Part shown: positions 12,371-25,210 of the stretch, piece by piece
Position numbering within the stretch: position 1 is the first letter of the stretch
Layout: every line of letters starts with the position of its first letter
Origin: Basidiobolus meristosporus CBS 931.73
Lineage: Eukaryota; Fungi; Basidiobolomycota
Assembly (NCBI GenBank): GCA_002104905.1
Contig: MCFE01000678.1
Location: 1 to 47,036 of the forward strand
Length of the DNA stretch: 47,036 nucleotides
Direction: 5' to 3'
Notes under the pieces: generated by a model
Database searches by the model: none
What the model was told of the DNA's origin: nothing
The model's input: only the letters and a program-made list of their open reading frames with translations
Translations under genes and position numbers: made by a program

Positions 12371-12849
12371 AGGGGAGAATGTTATGATCTACCGCTTGAA
12401 TGTTTAAAATATATCAGTTTTTAGTCAAATCAATTAGTATATGTTTAGGTTATCAGTATATCAGTATTATCTATTAAATCAGTAGCATTAGTCAGCAAAT
12501 GAAGCAGCATATCCTTACCAGACAGAAATAGATATATTGAGTAGGATCTCATTGGATGATGATGATGCAATCAGATGAGTCATTAGCCACAACCTACATC
12601 AGGAAATACAATTAGTCAGCAATTGATCTGGCAAAATGTATATAAGGAGCTGCTGGAACCTCAATAAAAATCAGTTCAAGTTTTAATGAATACAATACCA
12701 GCTAAACTCCCTATTCCTCTACAACTCTTATACAAAGACTTGTAACACAAAGCAGCATTGATTGTATCTCTGCTTCTTGTTGGTAACTACAAGACATGGT
12801 CTACTATTTGTCAAATGCCTTAACTAGCTAGAGCAGCTTTTTCTAATAC

Positions 12850-13300
12850 TAACTTGTCTCTGACTTATGGTGACTTTCTTTCCTTTCCTTTTCTCATCCT
12901 CATCATTATGGCTGCTATGCCTGGGTGCTTCCTATATGATACAAAGAGCCATCCCTGATAAATGACATACTGGTGCATCTGTTTTTGGTAGCTTTTCCCT
13001 TACTGGCATTCTTTCTGCTAAGTGATACTTTGTTATTATTTGCTTACAGCATTTAGCCCTGCTTTTGATAGCACTTGAGGCAACCACCAGTTCTTGACCT
13101 GAGCTTTCTCTCATTTCTGCATTTATAATCACTTCCATTCATGAGGTATCTTCTCAGCATACTAATGGTAGCCATAAATACTTTTGCAGCTTTTATTATA
13201 CTATACTGCTCTTGGAGCAGGTTAATCTCATTATGCATAGCCTTTGGTACCTGATGGTCCCATGGTATGAAGGCCTACATCTGATTGCATGCAGACTTCT
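12850..13300 (-). pseudogene. Decayed ORF of unknown family, copy 1 (PWDHQ...MLRRYLMN domain plus Ser/Lys-rich tail)
   Basis: FIPWDHQVPKAMHNEINLLQEQYSIIKAAKVFMATISMLRRYLMN is homologous to 18570-18870. The 15 nt ccatgggaccatcag are identical in both copies. Confidence 0.65.
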
Positions 13301-16300
13301 CACAGCCTGTCAGGGATTGATTCAGTATTGCTGCCAAATATTTTACACCCAAGGGATATACTTGACATTTCAAACACAATATTGTTATCCATACTCCAAC
13401 ACTGCAAGCAGCACATTCCACAGTGCAAATATTTAGTAGTCAGAATAAAATTGCAGTATTGACTGCAAGCTATTGGCCATTGGTCCAAATAGGGAATCAA
13501 TTAGAAGCAGAGAACAACTGAAATATTGGGGGTATGTTGCTGCAAAAGCAATTGCTTTGTTAGCTCTTCAAAATTTTCAAGGTGGTAATTGCAAAGCTGT
13601 AATTAGGGCAATTCAGGCTAAAAATGCATATTGAAATACCAGACATACTTAAACTGTTAAGTAGTATGCATAATGCTGAACATACAGAGTTGTATTTTAT
13701 TCTCACTCCACCTTGCTTGGTGCATCAAGTACATTAGACCACACTTCACCTCTTGGGAGTTTTTAGTGCAGCAGATGTACCAGGAGATAAGATGACAGGT
13801 TAGCTTGCAAGTACTGCAACATTCACAGTTTATCTAAGGAATCAACTTCAAGTATATTGTAGATGTTATGTGCAGATATACAATTGATAGCTGTGAATGG
13901 TAGGGAATATTGAGCAAGGATATACACGTGGATACACCTGTGCCCTGATCACTGAAAAAACATTCTGCTCCAACAAGTGGGTAATCACTCAAGAAAGGCA
14001 AGCTCAGATAGCATGGAACAAGCTACTAACTTGCATTAGGACAATGTAACTACTGAATGCCGGTACCTCTTCAGTATAAGACATAACCTACCCTGTATAA
14101 ACAAAAATTCACCCCAAAAAACTAAAGTGCACATATACATAGAACTAGATCTGAGCAGGGAGAAATGTAATGGTTACTTGATATCAGTTTGTGTATACCA
14201 AACAGTGTTGAGGTAATCAAGGCTAAAGCAGCAGTAACAACGCCTATGATAGCAAGATACATATGTATACAGATATAGAAGGCCTGTGGCAACTTAGTAA
14301 GTGCCACCACAAAAGCATCAAAAGTTGAGATGATAGTAGTGCATCACTTATAGTGTGTGAATACTTACTGTTTTTTGACTCAGATTAAAAAAATACAATG
14401 CTCTATACAGTAGGTTATTGTTATGGAAGGAAAGGTAGAGTTGGATGCACATGGCAGCTGATTTTTGTATGTTTGCCTATATCTCACTAAAAAGCTGCCA
14501 AGTCAAGGTGATATAGTGTGTCATTAGCAGCAAATGAGCATGTATGCAAATGTTAGTGAGTAGGAAGCAATATTGTTGTTTGATTAAAGTTGTAAATGGA
14601 ATCCCAGTGACAAGGGTGGATAAGCATATAATGAGGCACAGCCCTGCAGTAGAATATATAAAAAGCTCAATTCAATAGAAAACGCAATGCTCTTTGATAA
14701 ATAAAAATGGTAGCATTGTACAGGACTAGCTGTTTTCCATCATACTCACATGATAATGCCAATAGACATCTGCATAAATACCCCAACAGACATTATATTT
14801 TTTGCCACAGAAGGCAACTGCTTCTTGAATGCTTCTTTGATCTGCCCAAAGACACACAGTCCACATTAGCATCCCATAATGCCTTGCAAAGTTTGCAGAA
14901 TGCCTGTCACAACACTTTTAAGGCTCTTATTTATAGATCAGCAAAGACAGCAAAACACCATCACTGTCATATCATAGGATTGTTAAGAGGTCAAGAATGC
15001 CAAGCTGCTGGGATAAGTTCAGACTCAATGTAGGATTCTCATTTCTGAATTAGACAGGATTCACATTAGAGGAAGCAGCATAAGCCCAGGATTTCTATGT
15101 CTTAGTGCAATATTAAATATTTATTGGCAAATCAGATTAATTTCAGATACTCCATTGGACCAAATTAAGTCCAGGAATATAAGGTTACTTGTCAATCAAG
15201 CAGCCAATTTTCAAGTAGTGAAGCTTGGTTTATTGCTCCATATACACCAAGTATGATGGAATAGAGAACTTTTACAGCAGAAGCTGCAATCTTGGCATTC
15301 AGCTTATGCTTATGTTATGGCTCCTCAAAGTGCATCAAAAATGCTAGCAAATAAGCTGCAAGTGCACAAAGTTGAAATTGGTTATGTGCTTGTGACCAAT
15401 TACACATTACATTGTCTTCAAATATCATTTACAAATTTCAAAATATTTTGGGTCATGACTGATTTAAAAGGCCACCTCAATAAATACCGGCCCATCTCAG
15501 CAGCTCCTTGCATTAGCATTGTTTGATAAATATGGGAAATACTTATTGGAGCATATACAAAGTGCTTTATGCTCAAATTGAAAATCAGAATTGGTATATT
15601 TTTGAAGAGCAAAGGTATTGCTTTGAAAAACTCATCCCATTCAAATTCTTTCTAGTTTAACATTAATTCCATACTCTGGCCAAAAGCTTGCAGCTTGCCA
15701 GCTTTGCAGAATATATATACTGACTCTGGTATATCACACTGCCAAAACATAATAATGATAATATTGATGTTCAGGTAATAATAATATGTTTAACTTATAA
15801 CCAAGCTGCTTAGATAGAGTACATCTAACAGCAATACTATCTGTTATGTTTAAACTGCTGACTATCTTGCTGATGGCTTAGGCATACCCAATGTAAAGAA
15901 TAAGAAGTTTGTTGATAAACTGGCTGCTTTCTGAGAGCCCACTTGCTTGCATATGAGATTCTTCAAGCAATTAATTCAGGGAGCTTTCTATCTTGGTGCT
16001 TTTTGGGCCTAGATAAAAATGAGGCCACCATCAGAATATCAATTTGGTATTTCACTGCTGGCAGTTAATTAAAATCAATCATAGTTTGTTGCTAGCAGGA
16101 TTTGCTGTTAGAGTGCCTACTTACTCAGAGTTCATTAACCCTAAGAGAATAAATAAGAAAAAAATCAGCAGAATACTTTCATGATATCTGAAGAGTTTGC
16201 AATATCTCAAAAGTGACTGCACTCAATCTATCAGGTTCTTGGAGTGGGTTGATAAACAGAAATAATCTCTATGAGGAGACTAGGCAACAGGCATTCAGAC

Positions 16301-16699
16301 CAAAGTGGAAATTAACTGTCCACCACTTCAATACAAAATTACAATAGAGTATTCAAACAAGAAGTGCCAGCCAAGTACCAGCTGAAGATCAGGATAGCTT
16401 CAAGGTAATGTGTTGCTGGGTGCATTGTGATTGGCAATTTGTATTATGTACACAGTATGTTGTACATGGGAGTGATCATAGAAATCAGTAGCTCTACATT
16501 GTCATAGCCCCAATTGCTGATAGTGGCAGCAATATGTCACTTTTGGGCCAAAACATTACATCACTGATTGTTGAATGGATAGCGCAGCTCACTTGGCAGC
16601 ATAAAATATCCTGTCTCTCCATGGGGGTTGTCTTATTGCATATAGTAGTTTCTCCTGTCTCATAGAGTGTGCTTTGTATAATGAAATTGGTTTGTGTGT

Positions 16700-16899
16700 G
16701 TCAATAAGACTTCTTCTTCAGGGCTATCACTTTTCTCTCAACAGGCTCAAGGCTTTGCTGCTTGTGACAATGGAGTAGAGACAAAACCCAAGTATTCCTA
16801 GCAAGCTTTTGCCAGAAGTAATTCACACAGTAGATTCCCCACAAACATAACTTCAGAAGTTCCTCATATAAATTCTTCCAGGACTCATTTACCAACACA
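16700..16899 (+). repeat. 3' fragment of a diverged family C-type LTR
   Basis: 16781-16815 acaaaacccaagtattcctagcaagcttttgccag nearly matches the reverse complement of 22063-22097. It ends taccaacaca, like the LTR end caccaccaca. Confidence 0.65.
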
Positions 16900-16934
16900 T
16901 AATAATCCTAGCAATACAGGCCTAGTAAATACGG

Positions 16935-17185
16935 TAATTGAACTCTTTTGATCATAACTCCTCAAGTACTGCTTGAGATGTGCTTTAATTGAAACAAGTG
17001 TTGGCTACTGCATGTTCTGCATGATATAATATTCTTGGCTGGATTGCTTGTCAGGGTCTTGAGGTTGTGCTATCTGAACTTGGAATCTCTTGATATTTCA
17101 TTTGTGAACTACAATAGCACAAGCAAAATAAAGAAATCAACACCATATCAGTTTTGAAATATTGTAGTAATGGAATACTATTAGT
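16935..17185 (+). repeat. Dispersed ~250-bp repeat, copy 1 (paralogue of 20521-20766)
   Basis: Shared blocks taattgaactcttttg.tcataactcct, gtcagggtct, gcaaaataaagaaat and aatattgtagtaatggaatact. Confidence 0.8.
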
Positions 17186-18067
17186 GCAATGTGCCACTTC
17201 TCTAGCCACCACATCACATCATTCACCAGTAGATGGATTACTGGGCTCACTTGGCTTCATAAAGTTTCCTTGGCATTTATTTCAATGGGTGTTGTCTCAC
17301 TGCATATAGGGATTTGACCAGGCTCATACATGGTACTGTTGTTAGGGGAGATAGGCTCAAATCCATCAGTGAACTATCTTTGTCAGAACTGTCACTCTGT
17401 GTGCCACATTCAGAAGGCTGAGGTGAGCCTAAAGACATCACAAACTCACCTGACTAAGTTTGCGCAATGTGACAAAGATGACCAGGTGCCAATATAGAAG
17501 TGTCAACTGGCTATCAAGATAATTTTGGTACAGTAGTGACTAATGAATGGTCAAATATGGCTTGGGTGGCAAAACACTGGCTGTGATTGCTGTAATACTT
17601 CCTATGCTGTCTGTGTGTTTCATGCCTGAGAGGCTTGCCATAATAGCTGCATGGTCTTTTTTCTCTTCTCTTATGGCATTGAGTCAAAGTAGTCTAATCC
17701 ATGGGGCAAACAGTTTGACCTTCAACAATGTAACACTATTTTATCACTTATTGGTCAATACTCATGTGAACTTAAGACAGTCTTTTATTTGAAACATTGC
17801 ACCCACATGAATATAAAATTCTATGATAACCCACCATTGTAAGCATTATAAATAAAGTTGTGGTACCACATACACATATATATGTAACTCTATTTCCCCT
17901 TTGGTTTGACTCAGTTCCATATATATGCCACCATAAAATAAAGCAAAGTTATTGGGTTCCCAACCAAACCCCACCACTGACAGCAACAGAAGAATGGTTG
18001 GGCAACAGATTGCTTTGAAATTCAGTGCAACAAATAGGGGTACATCCAAAAAAGCCCTGTTGACAGT

Positions 18068-19421
18068 GTGCCCACTGAAGGTAAAAATGTGAACTCCTCA
18101 GGCTCTCAGTCAAGTAAGCAATTGAGAACCTCTGCGGAGCCACAAGCTGACTGTTATGCTCAGGCAGTTGAGAATGTAGGAAATGCAGTGCTCTCTGCTG
18201 AAGACCAGCAAATGGGCATGATAATATCACCACCACCAATATTAGCAAGTATGTTGTCAGCTCATACTAAAGCATTGTTGTAGCAATTAGGTATAGTGGC
18301 TGATAGGATAGATGCAATGGCCCAGAGAAGTCAGGAAAAGTCCAGAAACCAGATGAGCAGATAATCTGTGTAGAGCAATCAATATCCCAGGTAGAGAAAG
18401 CAGTATCTTTGCTGCAAAGAAGGAACTCAAGTAGCCCAATGTCACAGCCAAAAACTGAGCCATTTCTCAATGGAACAGCAGAGGAACACTGTACAGTCTT
18501 TAAAGCACAACAACAGTGCCCAAACATAAAGCCCACAGAAAAACCTTTCACAGTGTGGGTGGGAGACAATGTTGCGTATAACAAAGCCTAGAAATCAAAA
18601 GACACTGATGATCCATAAAGCCATTGAGTGCAATAATGAAGAGTGGGCTAATATACAAAAGGCAGTCCAAAGTCTAGCACGCCATCACCCTAAGGCCAGC
18701 ATGCCATGGGACCATCAGGAGCTCAAGGCCAAGCAGAATGCACTTGACTTGTTCCATGAGCATTATCCTGAATTCAAACAGGCAAACCAATTTTAGGCCA
18801 TCATTGGTATGCTAAGAAAGTATCTTAAGAATAGCAAAAACTGTCAAAGGCAGAAGAATAAGGGTGCCATGGCTAAAAACCAGCAGCTTCCTCAAGAGCC
18901 TGTTATAAGCAGGGCTAGAAGCTCCAAACAAGCATCAAAAAGATGTCAGGTAGCTGGATGAGTGCCAATTAAGGACAAGCAGGCAGACACAGATTCACCA
19001 GCACAATATTTATCAAGGAAAAAGCGTAGTACCACTCAAGAAGCACCCAGTCAAAGTAGCAGCAAAGAAACAGGTAGTATTAAAAACCAGCTGCCTTTAC
19101 AGGAGCTGGTCACAACTACAGTTGAGAGCTCAAAACAAGCAGAAAAGAAATGTCAGGTTGCCAAGAGAGCAAGCAAGGGACAAGCTGGCTGAACCAGATG
19201 TGTCAGAGCAGAATTTATCTAGGAGAAAACGTAGTTCTTTACAAGAAGTACTCAGACAAAGTAGTAGTGAAAAGCCTGGCAGTGATAAAGAAAAAGGTAA
19301 AGGGAAAAATGTCTACCAAAGCCTGAGACAGGGAGGTATGCAAAAAAACTGCAATTCTTGCCAATTAATGGCACAAGCTTCAAACAGACAGAATCCTATC
19401 ATAGCCAAGAAGAATTACTAA
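18068..19421 (+). pseudogene. Decayed ORF of unknown family, copy 2, with an internal 207-bp tandem duplication (18875-~19288)
   Basis: ORF pieces 18569-18796 and 18962-19192 are in one frame, separated by stops. Domain AIECNNEEWANIQKAVQSLARHHPKASMPWDHQELKAKQNALDLFHEHYPEFKQANQF*AIIGMLRKYLKN. Repeat starts aaaaaccagc at 18875 and 19082. Confidence 0.65.
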
Positions 19422-19904
19422 CAAGAAAACAGCTGTTTTCACAAGTGTTGGAAGTGCAGCCAGTTGAGCTACACTCCAGCAGGGTAGATGAGTTTACTGA
19501 AAAAGGCAATTTGTCTACTGCAGCCTCTGCAGCCTCCACATCCGCCATTGTTAACAGAGTAGAGATCTGTTGTGTTGTATAATGATTAGTTTGGGGCTTA
19601 TTCTGCAATGTAGATGCTGATCAACAATATATAAAAACTTGCAGTATGCTAATACTGAAATAGTTTATTGGGAGTTTGATATACCAATAGAAGATATAAC
19701 TTTCACAAATATCCTCAATCTTAGGCTCAAAATATACTATAAACAGTGATTATCACTTCTACCGCAGTGTTCTGACCTTCTGTCAACTAATGAGCTTATT
19801 TACTTTTATAGTAACATTTCCTTATTTGAAAGTCACTTTCCTTTCTGCAAAGATATTTCCTAATATGGAGATTCTGAGCTCCCCTTTAACCTCAAGAGGT
19901 GTGC

Positions 19905-20100
19905 TGTAGAAGTTTCTAAAGGGCTCTTTAGACCTAATGGGGTGTCTAAAGGGGTGTCTTTAGAGTAAAGAGGTTTCTTGTTGTGGTCTCCAAAGTGGAC
20001 TTACACTAAAGGAGTGCCTAAAAGGGCTTCTTTAGAGTAAAGGGGTTTCTTGAAGGGGTGTCTAAAGGGGTGTCTTCAGAGTAAAGGGGTTACTTGGAGG
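19905..20100. repeat. Degenerate short tandem repeat (aaaggggtgtct / tagagtaaaggggt units)
   Basis: Several visible copies, e.g. 19948-19975 and 20030-20090. Confidence 0.7.
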
Positions 20101-20520
20101 GGACTCTTCCAACAGAAAAGTGGTAATTTTGTTGTAGAACTTAGATTGGATTCTTGTGAGCTTTGCAGTCTCTTTACTGATGCAGCACTAATTAGAGTTA
20201 GAATACTCAACAGTGCAAGTGATGCAGGGGAAGTCTTATTACCTTTAAACCTGTAATTGTAGAGTGGGGACTCTGGAAAGATAGGCTCCCCTTTATTATT
20301 CAGCTGGGGAAGTCATATATATGAAATTTCTGAAGGATCAAAGTTTTTGGGCAATTGCGCAAGCACTTCATGTGACACAAAGCTAAAATTTTGCAGTGTT
20401 GCAGATAGGACATAGGTGCAGCACCTGTGAAATATGACATGATTTGATTGGCTGGTTTGAAAATTACATGTCATCAAAGTCATCATAGTAATCCTAGCTA
20501 TAGAGGCTTAGCATATATTA

Positions 20521-21090
20521 TAATTGAACTCTTTTGCTCATAACTCCTTCAGTGCAGCTTCAAATGAGCTGTAATTTGAAACATGTGTTGGCTACCACGT
20601 GTTCTATATAACATAATATTCTTAGATGAATTGCTAGTCAGGGTCTGGAGTATCTGTATTTCAAAGTTGGAATTTCTTGATCTTTCACTTGTGTGTTACA
20701 ATAAAAAAAAGCAAAATAAAGAAATGAGTGCAATATTGTTTTTGCAATATTGTAGTAATGGAATACTTCCCATTGCCACAGATCCCACTGACAGACAAGG
20801 CTACATTGTCAAGATCTTAAAAGACTATCACAATGCCTTCAGTGAAATTTTGAACATTAATAGGGACACCAAGAGGTTGCAGCACTTCTTCAAGAGCAGT
20901 GCTTAAGAAAACACGCTGGAATATTGCAAGGATTTATTGCAAAGACTGGAAGATGAGATGCTAGGCCTTGCAGTGCTGGCTGAAGACCAGGATGCGTGGC
21001 AACCAGTGAATGAACAGTGGCATAAAGCCATTGGATTCCTGCCAATGTTGTGGAACCAGCGTGTTACAACAGAAATACTTATTAAGTGGT
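20521..21090 (+). pseudogene. Dispersed repeat copy 2, continuing into a coding-like frame; possible LRR-type gene relic
   Basis: CWLPRVLYNIIFLDELLVRVWSICISKLEFLDLS aligns with CWLLHVLHDIIFLAGLLVRVLRLCYLNLESLDIS (copy 1). The frame continues to ~21090 with one stop. Confidence 0.45.
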
Positions 21091-21164
21091 GAATTTTAAT
21101 GGATTTACTTGTTGAGTGTGGGGTTGAGCTTAATGTTAGTGTAGGGTATAGGGGCTAGTATAGG

Positions 21165-23044
21165 TCAATACAATGGCAATTTAGGTACAACTGAAGTTTC
21201 AACAGCAAGTTGGTCAATTCTGCCAGTAGTGTAGGTCTGATTGTCAGCAGCAGCACTCCTTGGCTCCTTGGTTGACTGGTCTGGCAGATTAGATGTCAGG
21301 AGTCTCATAAAGGTAGAAGTTTGCTTTGTCTCTAGGAGAACACATTTCATCTCTGCAAAGCAAGGAATGCCAGACTTGTCATCCTTGGCTGCATGTAAGT
21401 CAACTTTTCTTGCCAAGTCCTGGGGAAGCCCTTGTGCAAGGTAAAGTGTCATGGTAAACTCAGTTATAGCCTGGGGCTCTAGGAGTGGCTTGGCCATATT
21501 GTCATATTGTTGAATGAACTCTTCAAGTGGTAGCTTTGAAAGTCCAGTTCTTCCAAAGTGTCTGAGGTCTTCAATTCCATAGTATATCTGGGGTCTACCA
21601 TACTTGGTCTGTAGGTAGGTCTTCATTAAGGCCCATTCAGTGAGAACGTCTCCTTGTCTGAGAAGCTTAGTAGTAATATCATCAGTGCAGTAGTAGGGGA
21701 AGTCTTCAGCCATTTCTTGTTCAGATAGGCTCCACATCTTGCAGAGCTTCTCCCATTTGAATATGAAGCTTTCCACATTCTTTTCATCAAACTGTGGGGC
21801 TCCATGTGAGAGTGGTAATGGCATAGAGTTCATTTTGGGCAGGTAGGCTGGTGTTGTAATCTTGGTAATATTGGTAGTCTCTTTTCAATAGCTGGATAAC
21901 AGCTCAAATCTTCAGGTAAATCTTGTTGGGTCCTAGGGAGCTTGTATGAACCCCCCACATTGGGTGCCAAATATGTGGTGGTGTATAGGTCCAAGGGAGA
22001 GATACATCCAACACTTCTCAAGTGTTTTGTGTGCGGGGTGTTCACTGGGTGCAATAACCTCTGGCAAAAGCTTGCTAGGAATACTTGGGTTCTGTTTCTA
22101 ATATAATGTGAAGGGGAATAAAGCAACAAGCTTGTCAAGGGAAAACTATTGAGCTACAATCCCCAACTTAGTTGGCGTCTTAACAAAAGTATGTGCTGGG
22201 TTCAGCGTCCTTTGAGATGACAATGTACTAAAGCTTTGAACGTCAAAACAACTGTAAACTCCACCAGCAGGGACTTGATAAGAATGCAGCTGTGGTCAAT
22301 AGTTACAAAGACAGAAAAGTATCTTTGCCTGTACAAGAACAAACTTGGGAAAGAATCAAATATAATAAAAGATACCTACTCTGAGTATTCCTCACAAGTA
22401 GTGCCTCCAAGGTCAGTTGGCTATCAGCGTGGCTTCCTGGGAGTGTCCTGTGGTCTAGGGTTGGAAGTTCAGGTAGCAGCAGGTAGCAGTGATCACACTA
22501 ATCAACAAGTTGGTATATTGATAAAAGGGATGATGATTTATTGTAAAGGGATAGCCTCCCTTATATACTTTACTCACTGGCAAAGTGATTACTAATCATG
22601 GTGTTCCAGAAGGTTCCAGATATCAATAGAAATCTTAATGATATAAGAATGACCTAAGAATGCTCTAAGTAGGTGCTGGAAGGTTCTAAGAGGCACAGCA
22701 CATCCAACCAATCAGGAATCAGTATTCTGAAGCCTGTGTAACATGAGGATACCATATATGGTATGGAAATGGTAGAGATGGTGACACGGGTTGATCATAT
22801 GTCACAGGTACTGGCGCGGGTACTTGCCTAATATAGTAGTAGTTATAGCTAGTAATCTTACATAAGGTGAGGGGTAACTTATGCAATAAGGTAAGCAGGT
22901 GTGATAGTCAACTGGCTTATGGGATGGTACTGATTGGGTAAGACAAATGGGATAAAACTAAAATGAGTGTAGTAGGGATATAGGGAAGTAGAAAATAAGG
23001 GAATGAGCACATCTGTCAGTGGGTGTCACTGTCACCCCACTACA
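21165..23044 (-). mobile_element. Gypsy family C element, 3'-truncated: 5' LTR 21974-23044, tRNA-Lys PBS 21953-21969, gag 21165-21833
   Basis: LTR TGTAGTGGGG...CCACCACA, then TATT, then TGGCACCCAATGTGGGG. Gag reads APQFDEKNVESFIFKWEKLCKMWSLSEQEMAEDFPYYCT. Inserted into copia gag after GCGC. Confidence 0.9.
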
Positions 23045-23496
23045 GCGCTTGATTTTCTTGATTCTTCATCCAGGAGCCTTCCATATATGTAGTTTAAGGC
23101 CAAATCTGCAGTTCTGGACTCTAGGGCTGATACAAGGCCCTGAAACTTGTCTGTCAGGCTATTCAGGATGGTAACTATCACATCCTCATCAACAGTTGGT
23201 ATGCCCACAGATTTTATTTCATGTACCAGCAGGGAAATTCTGTTAATTAGATTTTTCATTTCTTCTCCTGGCAGCATCTTTGTAGCAAAGAATTTTCATC
23301 TCAGATACATTTTCTTAGCAGCTGAACATGACTGGTAGGTGTTGTCTAATGCCTTCCTGGCATTCTTTACAGTTTTTGCTCTTAAGCATTGAATTAGCAG
23401 TTTGTCTTCAACATTAAGGTAAATGCAGTTAAAGGCACTTTGTTCTTTCTTCAGGTACTTTAAGGCTTTCTCTCCCACGTTTTTATGAGGGTCTTC
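23045..23496 (-). pseudogene. Copia family E gag, middle part
   Basis: SAFNCIYLNVED...ARKALDNTYQSCSAAKKMYLR*KFFATKMLPGEEMKNLINRISLLVHEIKSVG...VIVTILNSLTDKFQGLVSALE (UBN2-type copia gag). Confidence 0.88.
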
Positions 23497-23899
23497 TGTG
23501 GGTTATTACTGACTATACTTGGGGAGTGGGAGAGCTTGTAGGTCAAGTCAGTACCACTTGGTTCAGAATAGCTTTCAATAAAAGATAGCAGGGTAATAAA
23601 GACTTGTGTTTATTTTGTCCAAATCCTCTTGTCCTCTCACTTGGTTCAGTTGGGCAGATGTATATCACTTGGGGGGGCTTAGATAATAGTCAATGTGTTA
23701 TAAAATAGGGGTGTGAACACCTTCCTGTTATGGTAAGTGTTCTATCTAGATAAGGGCAGGGATAGGAGGGAGGGTGCTTGGGGGAATCACAGGGAGGATA
23801 CTGTGGGACTTTGGGTAGGACTCTGGGGAGAACTCTTGGGCAAAGAGTAGGTACTGCATTTAGTACTCACATATCCCAGGGGTCAAGAGGGAGCTTTGT

Positions 23900-25140
23900 C
23901 CTCTAAGTTCTTTGCCTAACTTGCTTCTCTAGGGTCAATTTTGCTCACAGAGCATGGGGAGTCACCATAGTACCATTGCTGGTTGTCACTTGCAAGGGGG
24001 TCATTGGCAAGTACGTGATACTATTTGGCAGCAGAGTGGGGTGCAGCTTGCGTTGCTCAAGGGATGTTTTCCACAGAGCCAAATAGTTGGCAAACCATAG
24101 GGTTCTGAGTAAGTTCCTCAGGAGGGCTGGAGAACAAGAAGAGGTGCAATAGCGCAATAAAGTCTTGCTTCTTTATCTTGCAAATGTTGTTGGGGCTTAT
24201 TCTTTTTGTGTTTAATATGATGGCAGGGGACCTTTTGAAGAGGGTGTACACTTGATCAGCAGTCACTTGTTGTTGGTAACAAGTTTTGCTTCTTCCAAGA
24301 CATAGTGTAGCTCTTCAGTAGAAACTGTAGCGCAATTGAGGTGCTTTTGTACTTGCCTCATGGCTTCTACAGAGTCCACAGTGGTGTCTTTGGCTTCTTG
24401 GAGTTGGACTTTGTATTGGTTCCTGAGTTGTCCTATGGTAACCACTGTAATAGTTGTAACACAGCAACTTGGTGGATTGCAAGGGTTAACTGGCTGGTGT
24501 ACTTAATCTGTTTGAGTATCTTCTCTAAGAGGGTTCCTTCTTGGAAATGCGGTGTGGGATGTTGCAAATTTCTCAAAGGAGTCCATTGATTGGGAGTTCT
24601 ACTTCTGGTGCTCCTGCAGATTGTACCAGGTCTGTGTATACCTCAACAACCATGGTACCTATTAATGGCAAGTATGCAACAAAACAGGGGAGCTCTTGAG
24701 GTCTTGTGAGGGCGCAACAGTTGATTCCTTGTGTCTTCTGTCTGACTGTGTCCAGTATGGATACAGGAATCAGTGCAGATCCTTCTCCTTGATGATCAAG
24801 GAGCCTCTTCTTAGGTGGTACACGGTCTTCTTGGGTAGTATCTCCATGCTTTGTATTGGAATGGGTAACTTGTCTTGTCCCTCTCTGATTGTGTTACATA
24901 TCAACATGACTGCTCCATCAAACAACTCTTCATAGGTGGCTCTTGTTGCATGTAACCCTTGTACCATATCTCTCAACACTTGCAGGTTGGTCTTGTTTTC
25001 AATATCATCTTGACTCTTGCTGGTGGGAGGGGTATTGCCAGTTTTGGGTGAAATGTTTGCTTTGGCACATTCCATATGCATTCTTTTGTTCTCCCCTTTG
25101 GGCAAACTTCCTTGTGCATATCATTTGTACCTATAATGAC
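23900..25140 (-). pseudogene. Decayed extra ORF between gypsy D integrase and the 3' LTR
   Basis: Sense-strand pieces 24770-25105, 24263-24445 and 24057-24266, with coding-like frames between them. No recognisable domain. Confidence 0.5.
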
Positions 25141-25210
25141 TAAAATCTCCTCTAATAAACTTTGTATGTATCCAGTGTCTTCCTCTATCCTTGTCCTGAT
25201 AATTGTTTAA

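Larger units (their letters stand above)
8413..12747 (+). mobile_element. Gypsy family B element with both LTRs (8413-8779, 12380-12747); defective
   Basis: TG...CA LTRs about 90% identical by eye. PBS TGGTAGCAGC at 8781, PPT AGGGGAGAA at 12371-12379, gag-RT-RNaseH-integrase order. Flanks (CATG/CAAA) are not a clean TSD. Confidence 0.97.

Noticed and set aside
8409-12751. TSDs for the two-LTR B element and for the B LTR at 2122-2488, as further CpG-centred sites (CATG/CAAA, ATGG/ACAA)
   Set aside because: Each needs an extra non-CpG change to reconcile, so they were not counted as evidence.
15850-15900. TADYLADGL, resembling the copia RNase H ADxLTK motif
   Set aside because: No flanking KHID or other copia motifs in any frame I checked.
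13500-16600. Scattered 60-108 aa ORFs and coding-like frames
   Set aside because: No motif I can support; left as unassigned decayed sequence pending a profile search.
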